DNA of 10,572 nucleotides from an uncultured archaeon. GTDB lineage: Archaea; Asgardarchaeota; Lokiarchaeia; Sigyniarchaeales; SOKP01. The translations under genes and the position numbers were made by a program. Position 1 is the stretch's first letter. The number at the start of each line of letters is the position of its first letter. Location of the stretch: the NCBI GenBank assembly GCA_964447495.1, contig CAYUTF010000012.1, positions 40,271-50,842 on the forward strand, written 5' to 3'. Under the pieces are notes generated by a model. The model saw only the letters and a program-made list of their open reading frames with translations, ran no database searches and was not told where the DNA came from. Below are positions 1 through 8,190 of this stretch, in pieces.

Positions 1-641
1 TTAAAAATAGAATACATCATCTTTTCAGGACCACAAGTATAAACTGCTATTTTAGAATTGAAATCTATTGATTCTTGGTTAATAGCTTTTTCAAATGTTT
101 CTGAGGCAAATCCTTTTTGCCCATAACTTCCATCATCAGTACAAAAAATTAATTCAGAAACCTCATTATTTAAATTGTTACGTTTTTCAGTAAGAATTAG
201 ATTATTTCTGACTTTTGCCCCCTCAATTATTACTGATTTGATCTTCATCTTATTTATTTTAGCTGCGAGAAATCTAAGAGGGGCTATTCCTGTTCCACCA
301 CCCACCATATATACTTTTTCTATCTCTTTTGATGGTAGCTTAAAAAAATTGCCTAATGGTCCCCTAATACCTATAAAATCATTCTTTTTTAATTTAAAAA
401 TAGCATCTGTACATTCCCCTACTCTTTTTACTGTAATACTCCAATCACCAGCATCATTACAACCCGATATGGACATTGGGACCTCATCTATTCCAGGGAC
501 CCAAACCATTACAAACTGTCCTGGTTCCGGTTTTATATAATTCTTTGTATTTTTCTTACCTATATTGAAAGTAATTGTTTTTATTTCAGAACACTCTTCA
601 ATGATTTTTTTTACTTTAACAGTTCTTATAGCATTAATCAA
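1..641 (-). CDS. pyrK: Dihydroorotate dehydrogenase electron transfer subunit (3' end runs off the window)
   Basis: Not in the ORF track; translated by hand. TTG at 641-639, then (M)INAIRTVKVKKIIEECSEIKTITF...PEPGQFVMVWVPGIDEVPMSIS...GIRGPLGNFF...MVGGGTGIAPL...CTDDGSYGQKG...VYTCGPEKMM, open to base 1. These are ferredoxin-reductase-type FAD/NAD motifs. The gene overlaps the pyrD stop. Confidence 0.93.
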   Translation of the reverse strand, partial: MINAIRTVKVKKIIEECSEIKTITFNIGKKNTKNYIKPEPGQFVMVWVPGIDEVPMSISGCNDAGDWSITVKRVGECTDAIFKLKKNDFIGIRGPLGNFFKLPSKEIEKVYMVGGGTGIAPLRFLAAKINKMKIKSVIIEGAKVRNNLILTEKRNNLNNEVSELIFCTDDGSYGQKGFASETFEKAINQESIDFNSKIAVYTCGPEKMMYSIF

Positions 642-1563
642 AAAAATCCGGCACCTCCTGAGTTTTAAAGTTATGAGTTAGTCCAGTTAATTCCGAAATA
701 GAACTTTTTTCAATTTGTGTTAGGTAATTTCGCAATCCATCATTAATCTCATTAATAATTTCAAATCCATTGCAGAGTGCAGTTCCTATTTGAACAGCAG
801 AAGCTCCTGCTAAGAAAAATTCTATTACATCTTGCCAAGTAGAAACCCCACCACACCCTATTATAGGAATATGTAAATTATTATAAAGATCATATACCTT
901 TTTAATCGCTATAGGATGTATTGCCTTTCCTGAAAGACCTCCGCTTCCATGAGATAATATAGGCCTCCAAGTATCTATATTGATTGCCATTGCAGTTAGT
1001 GTGTTTATAGCAACTACAGCATCGGCTCCTGCTTTTTCTGCAGCTTTTGCAATATCTAAAATATTAGTTACATTTGGATTTAGTTTTACAAAAAGAGGTA
1101 TAGAAATATTCTTTTTTATCTCTAAAACTAGAGTATAAGTTAAAGAGGGATCAATTCCGATTGATGCGACTTCTGAGTGAGGACATGAAATATTAATTTC
1201 AATTGCATCCGCTCCAGCTTTTTCAGCTTTAGTAGCAACTTCAATATAGGATATATCATCATTTCCAAAAACACTAACAATCAATGGGAAATTGTACTTC
1301 TTAATTTCTCTTATATCATCAATAAAGATATCAATTCCGGGATTTCCAAGACCTACACTGTTAATAAAGGTCCCCGGAAGCAGTTCTACAATAGAGGGAT
1401 TGTGATAGCCTAATCTTGGCTTAGGTCCTATCGATTTAGTGGTTATTGCCCCTAATCCTGCTTCAATTAATCTTTTCATTATTGAATAAGAAACTCCTAA
1501 AATACCGGAAGCCAAAATAAGAGGAGTTTTTAATTTTAGTCCAGAAAGGTTTACTTCAAGCAT
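634..1563 (-). CDS. pyrD: Dihydroorotate dehydrogenase family 1B, catalytic subunit
   Basis: Motifs PLILASG, TTKS, NSVGLGNPG, EINISCPH (catalytic Cys), VKLNPN, AINT, GGLSGKAIHPIA, IIGCGGV, GASAVQIGTA. Directly upstream of pyrK. Confidence 0.96.
   Translation of the reverse strand: MLEVNLSGLKLKTPLILASGILGVSYSIMKRLIEAGLGAITTKSIGPKPRLGYHNPSIVELLPGTFINSVGLGNPGIDIFIDDIREIKKYNFPLIVSVFGNDDISYIEVATKAEKAGADAIEINISCPHSEVASIGIDPSLTYTLVLEIKKNISIPLFVKLNPNVTNILDIAKAAEKAGADAVVAINTLTAMAINIDTWRPILSHGSGGLSGKAIHPIAIKKVYDLYNNLHIPIIGCGGVSTWQDVIEFFLAGASAVQIGTALCNGFEIINEINDGLRNYLTQIEKSSISELTGLTHNFKTQEVPDFFD
652..659 (-). promoter_or_regulatory. Shine-Dalgarno site for pyrK
   Basis: AGGAGGTG on the minus strand, 10 nt upstream of the TTG at 641, inside the 3' end of pyrD. 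Confidence 0.7.
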
Positions 1564-1582
1564 TACTATTATTATGTAAGGA

Positions 1583-1603
1583 ATTATTATTATTATTATT
1601 ATT
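1583..1603. repeat. (ATT)7 trinucleotide repeat in the divergent pyrD/nop5 intergenic region
   Basis: Seven perfect ATT units read directly from the sequence. Confidence 0.8.
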
Positions 1604-1635
1604 TAAGAAATTATAAAGGAACATCTACTAAAAAA

Positions 1636-2850
1636 ATGAAATGTTATATCATAGACACGCTAATAGCTGTATTCGCCATTAATGATGCCGGAAATATCCT
1701 AAATTTCAGGAATTTTGATGATGATATTCAAAAGGCTGTTACATTTTATAAATCTATAGAGCAAGGTAAAATAGTTGATGAATATATTCAATTTTTAGAA
1801 GAATTACATAGCTCAGGATTTAATGAATTCATATTTGATAACAAAAGTTTAGAAGTTTTAACAGCAAAATTTACAGGTTACCGTACAAAATTTTTATCAA
1901 AATCTCTAGAATTTAAGGATTTTCGTTTTTCTTTGGAGAAACAATTGAATGCTATAGGTATTAATTTATCTGAAGTGGAAGTTTTGCAAAAATTTAAAAC
2001 AATTCAAGAAGAATTGACTAAATTTAAAATCACACAGATTGGCGAGAGAGAAGATATTATTATCATTCAAATTATTGAAAGTCTTGATATAATTAAAAAA
2101 TCGATAAGTCTCTTTTCTAGTAGAATGCGGGAATGGTATGGTTTGCATTTTCCCGAATTAACTGACAAATTAATTGAAGATAATATTGTGTTAGCTAAAA
2201 TTATTTCCAAATTAGGTACAAGAGATAATTATAGTTTCGATAAATTACACGATAATTTTGAATTTAATGAAAAAAGAATTCATAAATTACTTACTTTAGC
2301 TTCTAATTCTATGGGATCTGATATTGATTTAACAATATTACAAGGATATACGAATCAAATTTTAAATTTAGACAACTATAGGGTAGAACTAGAATCCTAT
2401 TTGGATTCGTTGATTGAGAAAGTCACTCCAAATCTACGTTCTATTGTGGGGAGTTTAGTTAGTGCAAAATTAATTTCAAAGGCGGGTAGTTTAAAGAAGC
2501 TTGCTTTCATGCCCGCCTCACGTATACAATTATTAGGTGCAGAAAAGGCATTATACCGATTTTTGAAAACTGGTGAAAAAAGACCTAAACATGGATTAAT
2601 TTTTCAATGGAATCAAATTCGATCAGCAAAACCATATCATAGAGGTAAAATTGCAAGAATGATATCCGGTAAAATAGGTTTAGCATCTAAGCTTGATTAT
2701 TTTAACGGAGAGTTTATAGGAGATAAATTATTAGAAGAAATTGAGTCAAAAATTAAGGAGATTGAAAAAAAATATCCAAAACCCCCTTTAAAAAATACAA
2801 AGACAAAAGAAGTTCCCCAAAAAAGGAAAAAACAAAAGAAAAGATCTTAA
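1636..2850 (+). CDS. nop5: C/D box methylation guide RNP subunit Nop5 (Nop56/58 homologue)
   Basis: RMREWYGLHFPEL, SMG, PNL, MPASRIQLLGAEKALYRFLKTGEKRPKHGLIFQ, RGKIAR; Lys-rich tail; adjacent to fibrillarin. Confidence 0.97.
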   Translation: MKCYIIDTLIAVFAINDAGNILNFRNFDDDIQKAVTFYKSIEQGKIVDEYIQFLEELHSSGFNEFIFDNKSLEVLTAKFTGYRTKFLSKSLEFKDFRFSLEKQLNAIGINLSEVEVLQKFKTIQEELTKFKITQIGEREDIIIIQIIESLDIIKKSISLFSSRMREWYGLHFPELTDKLIEDNIVLAKIISKLGTRDNYSFDKLHDNFEFNEKRIHKLLTLASNSMGSDIDLTILQGYTNQILNLDNYRVELESYLDSLIEKVTPNLRSIVGSLVSAKLISKAGSLKKLAFMPASRIQLLGAEKALYRFLKTGEKRPKHGLIFQWNQIRSAKPYHRGKIARMISGKIGLASKLDYFNGEFIGDKLLEEIESKIKEIEKKYPKPPLKNTKTKEVPQKRKKQKKRS

Positions 2851-2865
2851 AGGAGAATTATAAAT

Positions 2866-3561
2866 TTGAGTAAGATTGATATAAAACCGTATTCTATATT
2901 CACGAATGTCTATTATTCAGGTTTTCAAAATAATATAAAACTCTATACTAAAAATATTTGCAAGGGAATAAGAGTATATGGGGAAAATCTGATTATTGAC
3001 GAAAATAATGAATATAGAGAATGGGATCCGTTTAGAAGTAAATTAGCAGCTCTTTTATTGGAAAAACCTAAATTTAATTTGTTTTCAATTGAGAAAAAAT
3101 GTCTATATTTAGGAGCTTCCTCTGGAACAACGATTTCCCATCTGTCAGATATATTAGCCGAAGGAATAATATATGGAGTTGAGATTGCGGAGAGAAGCAT
3201 TCGACAATTAATTCAGAACACTTCTGAAAGAGGTAATATAATCCCAATTTTAGGAGATGCAAATCATCCTGAGAATTATGCGAAATCAATATTTTCCGAA
3301 GTAGATTTGGTTTATCAAGATGTTGCACAACCAAATCAAGCAGAAATTGCCGTAAAAAATAGTGATTATTATTTAAAAGATAATGGTTATCTAATTTTGG
3401 CAATAAAGTCTCAATCTATTGATAGTATCCAGAAATCAGAAAAAATTTACAAGGAAGAAAAAAAAACTTTGGAATTAAGTGGATATGAAATAATTGAGAG
3501 CATTAACATCCAAAAATATGCAGCTAATCATTTAGTTTTAATTGCGCGCAAAAAGTTATAA
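2866..3561 (+). CDS. flpA: Fibrillarin-like rRNA/tRNA 2'-O-methyltransferase
   Basis: EYREWDPFRSKLAA, LYLGASSGTTISHLSDI, NIIPILGDA, YQDVAQPNQAEI, AIKSQSID. TTG start with AAGGAG upstream. Confidence 0.97.
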   Translation: MSKIDIKPYSIFTNVYYSGFQNNIKLYTKNICKGIRVYGENLIIDENNEYREWDPFRSKLAALLLEKPKFNLFSIEKKCLYLGASSGTTISHLSDILAEGIIYGVEIAERSIRQLIQNTSERGNIIPILGDANHPENYAKSIFSEVDLVYQDVAQPNQAEIAVKNSDYYLKDNGYLILAIKSQSIDSIQKSEKIYKEEKKTLELSGYEIIESINIQKYAANHLVLIARKKL

Positions 3562-3585
3562 AATAAGTACTATTATAGATGTAAA

Positions 3586-4287
3586 TTAGATATAATCCGT
3601 CATCTTTCTATTATAAATTAATTCTTCTGCCAGAACTCTAGATGTTTCCCATGATTTTCTAACAAATGAGGGAAATTTCTTTTTTGAAGTTATCCAATCA
3701 CGCAAGAATTTGATTGTTTTCTTATCAGAGGTATATCCTGATCCAAAATCTCCAAATTGTTCTCTTAGACTTGCTACTAATGAATCTCGTTTATGTTTCG
3801 CCACAATAGAAGCGGCTGAAACTATTAGATATTTTTCATCTGCTTTATGTTCTGATATAATTTTTTTGGGAGGAAATTTCAATAACTTTCTAATAGATGC
3901 TCCAAATCTTTCTTCATTTACATCCGCAGCGTCAATGAAAATTTCTTCTGCTCTTAACTCATCTATAATTTGTGCAATTTTTAATTCTTCTAACCTATTG
4001 AGAGAGATTTTTGCCTTAATTCTCTCATCAATTTCATGAGGCGGGACTTCTATTAACTTATATGATATACAGTTTTCTGTAAGCAATTCTGCTAATATTT
4101 TTCTTTTTTCTGGATTAAGCTTTTTTGAATCTTTTACTCCAATTTCGGATAGAAAGTGCAATTGTGATTTAAGAAAAGATATTCCACATATAACCATAGG
4201 ACCAATGACGGGCCCCTTTAGCGTATAATTCTAATTGAATGCTACTCTACCAGCCTCGTCAATCCCACAGATTTTCGATTCTTCCAT
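3586..4287 (-). CDS. rnhB: Ribonuclease HII, split by a 30-nt insertion; predicted exons 4287-4247 and 4216-3586, 223 aa after splicing
   Basis: The track ORF (4197-3586) has GVKDSKKL, FIDAAD, EHKADEKYLIVSAASIVAK and DFGSGYTSD but lacks the catalytic N-terminus. In the same frame upstream: ATG(4287) MEESKICGIDEAGR-[VAFN*NYTLK]-GPVIGPMVICG. Confidence 0.93.
4217..4246 (-). other. Putative 30-nt bulge-helix-bulge (BHB) mRNA intron in rnhB
   Basis: Contains an in-frame TAG (4233-4231). Central helix UGGU/GCUA, 3-nt bulges AGA and AAG, intron stem GUA/UAC plus AUUC/GAAU, exon-exon stem GACG-A-GG/CC-CGUC. Cutting after the 2nd nt of each bulge gives GGU AGG GGG CCC = GRGP. Confidence 0.8.
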
Positions 4288-4377
4288 ATTTCAAATCTGA
4301 ACAAAATTGATTTCTTGATTATATTAGATTTTTAATAATTTTTATTAAATAAATATTCTTATAAATGAAAGAAAGGT

Positions 4378-5388
4378 TTACTTGGATTCTTGAATAAGCT
4401 CAATAAATTCATCTTCATTATCAATCTTTTCTAATTCTTTAATCCGCACGATTGGAATCTGATCTTTTTCCGAATCAGGGATTTTTATATTATTATTTAT
4501 GATAATAAGAGCTTGTTTGTTAAACAAACTATTAAAAAGTTTAAGACATTTAATATTTAATTTATTTATCTTTGTTTTCTCATCAGATACACCCGAAAAA
4601 AGAGGATAAAAATCGTCTTGATTCTTTAATTCCCTATTTTCAGAATAAATTGATAATTTAAATGGTAGGGGGCCTTTTTTATACCAATATGTAGAGATGC
4701 CAATATCTTCTATTATATTATGAACATGAGCTTCGAAAGGAGTTAATTCGCTTTCCTCAGAAGTGGATATTAGATCCTTGCTTAATTTAAAATTCCACTC
4801 AAAAATATTAATTTTTTTAAATATTGAACTATCTTCCAAAATTTCAGAGATTTTTAGTCCTATTTTTTCACTTGGACGCATATCTTCATTTTCATATGAA
4901 CATATAGTTCTTTTAGTCACCCCAACTTTATCCGCTAGTTCTTTTCTAGAAATAAAATTCTTTTCTCTTAAATCTCTTACCAAATCTCCATTTAAAAACA
5001 TAACTCCTCCGCCACGTCTAGCAAGAATATAAGGATATTTATGATTTAATATATTCTCTAAGGTATTGACTGTTATAAATGGTAATTCTTCTCTAATGTA
5101 AATTGTATTATCTTCTAATTTCTGGTATCTATTTCTTATCCCTATCAATAAAGGTTTAGATTTTAATAAAAGGGATAAAGATTTCATATCACAGACAATA
5201 TCTGGGTTTAAATTGTCAATGTTTGGAAATATTTTAACGCTGAAAATAGAATCTTGTTTTTTAACAAGTAGATCGAAGCAGAATTTGCTTTTCTTAGTTG
5301 AAAAATTATCTAATGAGAAGGTTTCATAGTTAGCACTTTTTAATAAAAATTTAATTCTTTCAAGAACTGTTTCGATCATTTGATCCAA
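4378..5388 (-). CDS. Archaeal HTH-type transcriptional regulator (COG1395-like, central XRE HTH)
   Basis: N-terminal CFDLLVKK...SVKIFPNIDNL...PLLIG...LEDNTIYIR, then ARRGGGVMFLNG, then HTH LREKNFISRKELADKVGVTKRTICSYENE. The start may be TTG 5388 or ATG 5379. Confidence 0.85.
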   Translation of the reverse strand: MDQMIETVLERIKFLLKSANYETFSLDNFSTKKSKFCFDLLVKKQDSIFSVKIFPNIDNLNPDIVCDMKSLSLLLKSKPLLIGIRNRYQKLEDNTIYIREELPFITVNTLENILNHKYPYILARRGGGVMFLNGDLVRDLREKNFISRKELADKVGVTKRTICSYENEDMRPSEKIGLKISEILEDSSIFKKINIFEWNFKLSKDLISTSEESELTPFEAHVHNIIEDIGISTYWYKKGPLPFKLSIYSENRELKNQDDFYPLFSGVSDEKTKINKLNIKCLKLFNSLFNKQALIIINNNIKIPDSEKDQIPIVRIKELEKIDNEDEFIELIQESK

Positions 5389-5468
5389 TTATTTTAAAGA
5401 TAAGCTATTTAAAAAATCTTTTTTAAATGAATGTTTGTTCTATAATTGAGAATTTAATCAATAAGCAT

Positions 5469-6038
5469 TCAATAACTACTTGTAAGTTTCAAAAAATCTG
5501 AATCTGTTATAATCCCTACATACTTGTTGAAATTTTTGACTAAAACAGCGGGATAATTTAAGAGTAAATTAGAAATACCTTTAGCACTCCAATTTTTTTC
5601 GACTTCAGGAAACGGTAATTCTTTCACATCTATAACTTTCAAATTCAAGATATAAGCATTTTCAGTGAGTAATTTTTGAATTTTTTTTGCAGTTAAGCTT
5701 CCAATGTTTCTTTCTTCATCAATAATAGGTATTTGTGATATTTTATGCTGGTTCATTATTTCAACAGCGCTCTTTACTGTTGAATCAGAAGTTATACTAA
5801 ATATTTCTTTTGTCATAATATTTTCAGCCATTATTTCAGATTTTTTACTCTTTGTAAGTTCTTTTTGTAAAAATGAATAGATTTTTTTAATTTTCGAATA
5901 AGGAGGGTCCATCGAGCCATTTTCAATCCTTGAAATTGTTGATTGTGGAATATCTAATTTTTCACCCAGTTCTTTTTGGCTTATATTCAGTTTTTTTCTT
6001 AAAGATTTAATTTCAGAAAGATCAGGCAGCGCTTTCAT
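5469..6038 (-). CDS. XRE-family HTH regulator with a C-terminal CBS pair (COG3620-like)
   Basis: IKSLRKKLNISQKELGEKLDIPQSTISRIENGSMDPPYSKIKKI, followed by CBS motifs AENIMTKEI...HKISQIPII...GSLT and YPAVLV...VGIITDSDFLK. Confidence 0.92.
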   Translation of the reverse strand: MKALPDLSEIKSLRKKLNISQKELGEKLDIPQSTISRIENGSMDPPYSKIKKIYSFLQKELTKSKKSEIMAENIMTKEIFSITSDSTVKSAVEIMNQHKISQIPIIDEERNIGSLTAKKIQKLLTENAYILNLKVIDVKELPFPEVEKNWSAKGISNLLLNYPAVLVKNFNKYVGIITDSDFLKLTSSY

Positions 6039-6081
6039 AATTTAACTTCAAATTAGTAAAATTTATTTAGTATAATCTTAG

Positions 6082-6105
6082 TGCATATAATATTCATTAA
6101 ATGCA
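6082..6105. promoter_or_regulatory. Palindrome, candidate operator
   Basis: TGCATATAAT-attc-ATTAAATGCA (9/10 symmetric), between the divergent HTH-CBS and mat genes. Confidence 0.45.
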
Positions 6106-6123
6106 TTTTTTCAATCATAATTA

Positions 6124-6146
6124 TTTAAATTAACCATTAATTTAAA
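6124..6146. promoter_or_regulatory. Perfect 10-bp inverted repeat over the likely mat TATA region
   Basis: TTTAAATTAA-cca-TTAATTTAAA, ending 29 nt before the mat ATG. The arms are AT-only, so chance cannot be excluded. Confidence 0.35.
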
Positions 6147-6175
6147 AAGATAATTATAAAAAATAGTTATAAAAT

Positions 6176-7417
6176 ATGCTAAAAATAACCCGAGCTAACT
6201 TTTTACCTATTGAAAAAAGCGAATTTCCTGAAATATGTGAAAGAAAGGGGATTGGTCATCCCGATAGTGTATGTGACGCAGTAGCGGATGCTTGCTCAAG
6301 AGCGCTTTGTGTTTATTATTTAAACAACTACGGTCGTGTTTATCACCATAATGTTGACAAAGCAGCGCTCGTTGGGGGAACAGCTAAGCCTAAATTTGGT
6401 GGAGGTATGATTATTCAACCACAATACTTTTTAATTGTAGGAAGAGCTATTAATCAGATCCTTACTCAATGTGGTTCAGAATGTAAATTAGATTACATTC
6501 CGGTCGCTACAATTTGTATTGAAACACAAAGACAAGAATTGGGGAAGATATTTAGGAATTTAGATTTAAATAAGGATATCCAATTCGATTACGCAGTTCG
6601 ACCAGGTTCAATAGATTTGACTGGTGTTTTCGATGATTCTCATCATACTGAAGATGTACCTTTAGCAAATGATACAAGTTTTGGAGTAGGATATGCTCCT
6701 TATTCAGATGTAGAAAAAATAACATTGGAAGCGGAATATCTTATAAATTCTTCGAAATTTAAGGATAAGTGTAAGGGATCTGGCGAGGATATAAAGGTAA
6801 TGACACAGAGAATTGGAAATAAAGTAGGAATTACCGTTGCGGCTGCAATGATAAGTAAATATATTAATGATGCAGATGAATATGTAAATTATACCAATCA
6901 AATTAAGGAGGCAGTTCTAGATTTGGCAGCTAAAGTCATTCCTGAAAGGGAAGTAACTTGTGAAGTTAATGTTGCAGATCAAATTGAAAAAGGTATAATG
7001 TATTTAACCATAACCGGTACAAGCGCAGAAGCGGGAGATGATGGTGAAGTAGGGAGAGGTAATAGAAGTAATGGCCTGATTACCCCTTGTAGAACTATGA
7101 GTTTAGAAGCAGTATGTGGAAAGAACCCAATAAATCATGTTGGAAAAATATATAATGTACTATCAACTGAGATTGCAAGAGAAATTATTAAGAGAGGAGA
7201 AGGAGATATCATTGAAGCACATGTCAAATTATTGTCGCAAATTGGAAGACCTATTACAGATCCTTGGATCAACTCCATTGAATTAATACCTGCTGAAAAT
7301 GTAAATTTTGCGAGTATTCAAAAAATAGGTAAAGAAGTTTCAGATGATTTTTTAAACAAAGACTATATGATTGATCTAAGAAAACGATTAATTGAAGGAA
7401 AAGTACAGGTTTTTTAA
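6176..7417 (+). CDS. mat: Archaeal-type S-adenosylmethionine synthetase
   Basis: [89 protein letters not shown]. Confidence 0.97.
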   Translation: MLKITRANFLPIEKSEFPEICERKGIGHPDSVCDAVADACSRALCVYYLNNYGRVYHHNVDKAALVGGTAKPKFGGGMIIQPQYFLIVGRAINQILTQCGSECKLDYIPVATICIETQRQELGKIFRNLDLNKDIQFDYAVRPGSIDLTGVFDDSHHTEDVPLANDTSFGVGYAPYSDVEKITLEAEYLINSSKFKDKCKGSGEDIKVMTQRIGNKVGITVAAAMISKYINDADEYVNYTNQIKEAVLDLAAKVIPEREVTCEVNVADQIEKGIMYLTITGTSAEAGDDGEVGRGNRSNGLITPCRTMSLEAVCGKNPINHVGKIYNVLSTEIAREIIKRGEGDIIEAHVKLLSQIGRPITDPWINSIELIPAENVNFASIQKIGKEVSDDFLNKDYMIDLRKRLIEGKVQVF

Positions 7418-7573
7418 AGAATTTTCGAGTAACTTCACCTTAATCGTTCAATTGATTATCTTATTTTTATTTTCTTATTAAGGATTAATATAGATTAGAA
7501 AATTTTAAAGTATTAGGTTAAATTAATAGAATAAGAATAAGATTTTTATAATTTTACGAAGAGTGAGAGAAAT

Positions 7574-7828
7574 TTGGGATTGGATAAATGGATTAAACCT
7601 GATAAAGTCGAGAAAAAAAAGAGCAAAAAACCTAATAATATCGAAACTGAAAAAAAAGATTCTAAACTAAAAAAACAGCCGAATCCACCTTTAATTAAAA
7701 AGCTCTCTAAATTTAGGCTTATTTGCAGTAATTCAAAATGTAAATATCAAAAAATAGTGATGAAAAAATCCCTAGAGAATAAAGATAAGATATGTCCCAA
7801 ATGCAAGAGTGAAATGAAACTTAAATAA
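7574..7828 (+). CDS. Small basic protein with a C-terminal zinc ribbon
   Basis: 84 aa, TTG start after purine-rich GAGTGAGAG. Lys-rich linker, then CSNSKC...CPKC. Confidence 0.75.
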   Translation: MGLDKWIKPDKVEKKKSKKPNNIETEKKDSKLKKQPNPPLIKKLSKFRLICSNSKCKYQKIVMKKSLENKDKICPKCKSEMKLK

Positions 7829-7829
7829 A

Positions 7830-8051
7830 TTAAACTTCTATCTTTTTTAACGTTTCTAAATCAAATCTACTTTCACAATTTGGACATCTATCTTTTTTTT
7901 TACTATATTTTATCGCAAGATATATAAAAAATCCTAAGCCACATGTTAAGAGCACCATAAAGCATAATACTTCGTGATAAATATGATCAAAATTCTTCCT
8001 TCTTAGTTCTACTTGCCGTTCGCATGTAGGGCAATAAACCGTTTTTCCCAT
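7830..8051 (-). CDS. LITAF-like zinc ribbon membrane protein
   Basis: 73 aa: CPTC, hydrophobic segment VLCFMVLLTCGLGFFIYLAI, then RCPNC. AGGGG SD-like motif upstream. Confidence 0.75.
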   Translation of the reverse strand: MGKTVYCPTCERQVELRRKNFDHIYHEVLCFMVLLTCGLGFFIYLAIKYSKKKDRCPNCESRFDLETLKKIEV

Positions 8052-8190
8052 CTGAACCCCTTTCTTAAATTAATCTGAATTAATAAATAAAATGATTAGT
8101 TGATAATTTAATTTATTGAAAAAATAATAAAAATCCTTATAAAAACCTTAGAATATCAGAATTAAGCACTAAAACGAAATTCCTGAATAT

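Noticed and set aside
175-540. 121-aa plus-strand ORF
   Set aside because: Antisense shadow of pyrK.
626-634. TAATG-coupled ATG as the pyrK start
   Set aside because: It reads ATG CTA TAA in a different frame; TTG 641 with an SD site is in frame.
2764-2850. NLS-like Lys-rich tail of Nop5
   Set aside because: Basic tails are common in archaeal Nop5, so this is not distinctive.
3586-4197. rnhB starting at ATG 4197, as in the ORF track
   Set aside because: It lacks the catalytic Asp/Glu, which are encoded in frame just upstream.
4231-4233. TAG read-through (pyrrolysine or recoding) in rnhB
   Set aside because: It would leave a 10-aa insertion inside the invariant DEAGRGP motif; the BHB fold explains the insert better.
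4331-4349. TTTAATAA-N3-TTATTAAA palindrome upstream of rnhB
   Set aside because: AT-only 8-bp arms are expected by chance at this base composition.
7458-7543. Imperfect inverted repeat downstream of mat (ATCTTATT.../...AATAAGAT)
   Set aside because: Almost entirely A/T with mismatches and no evident target duplication; too weak to call a MITE or ncRNA.
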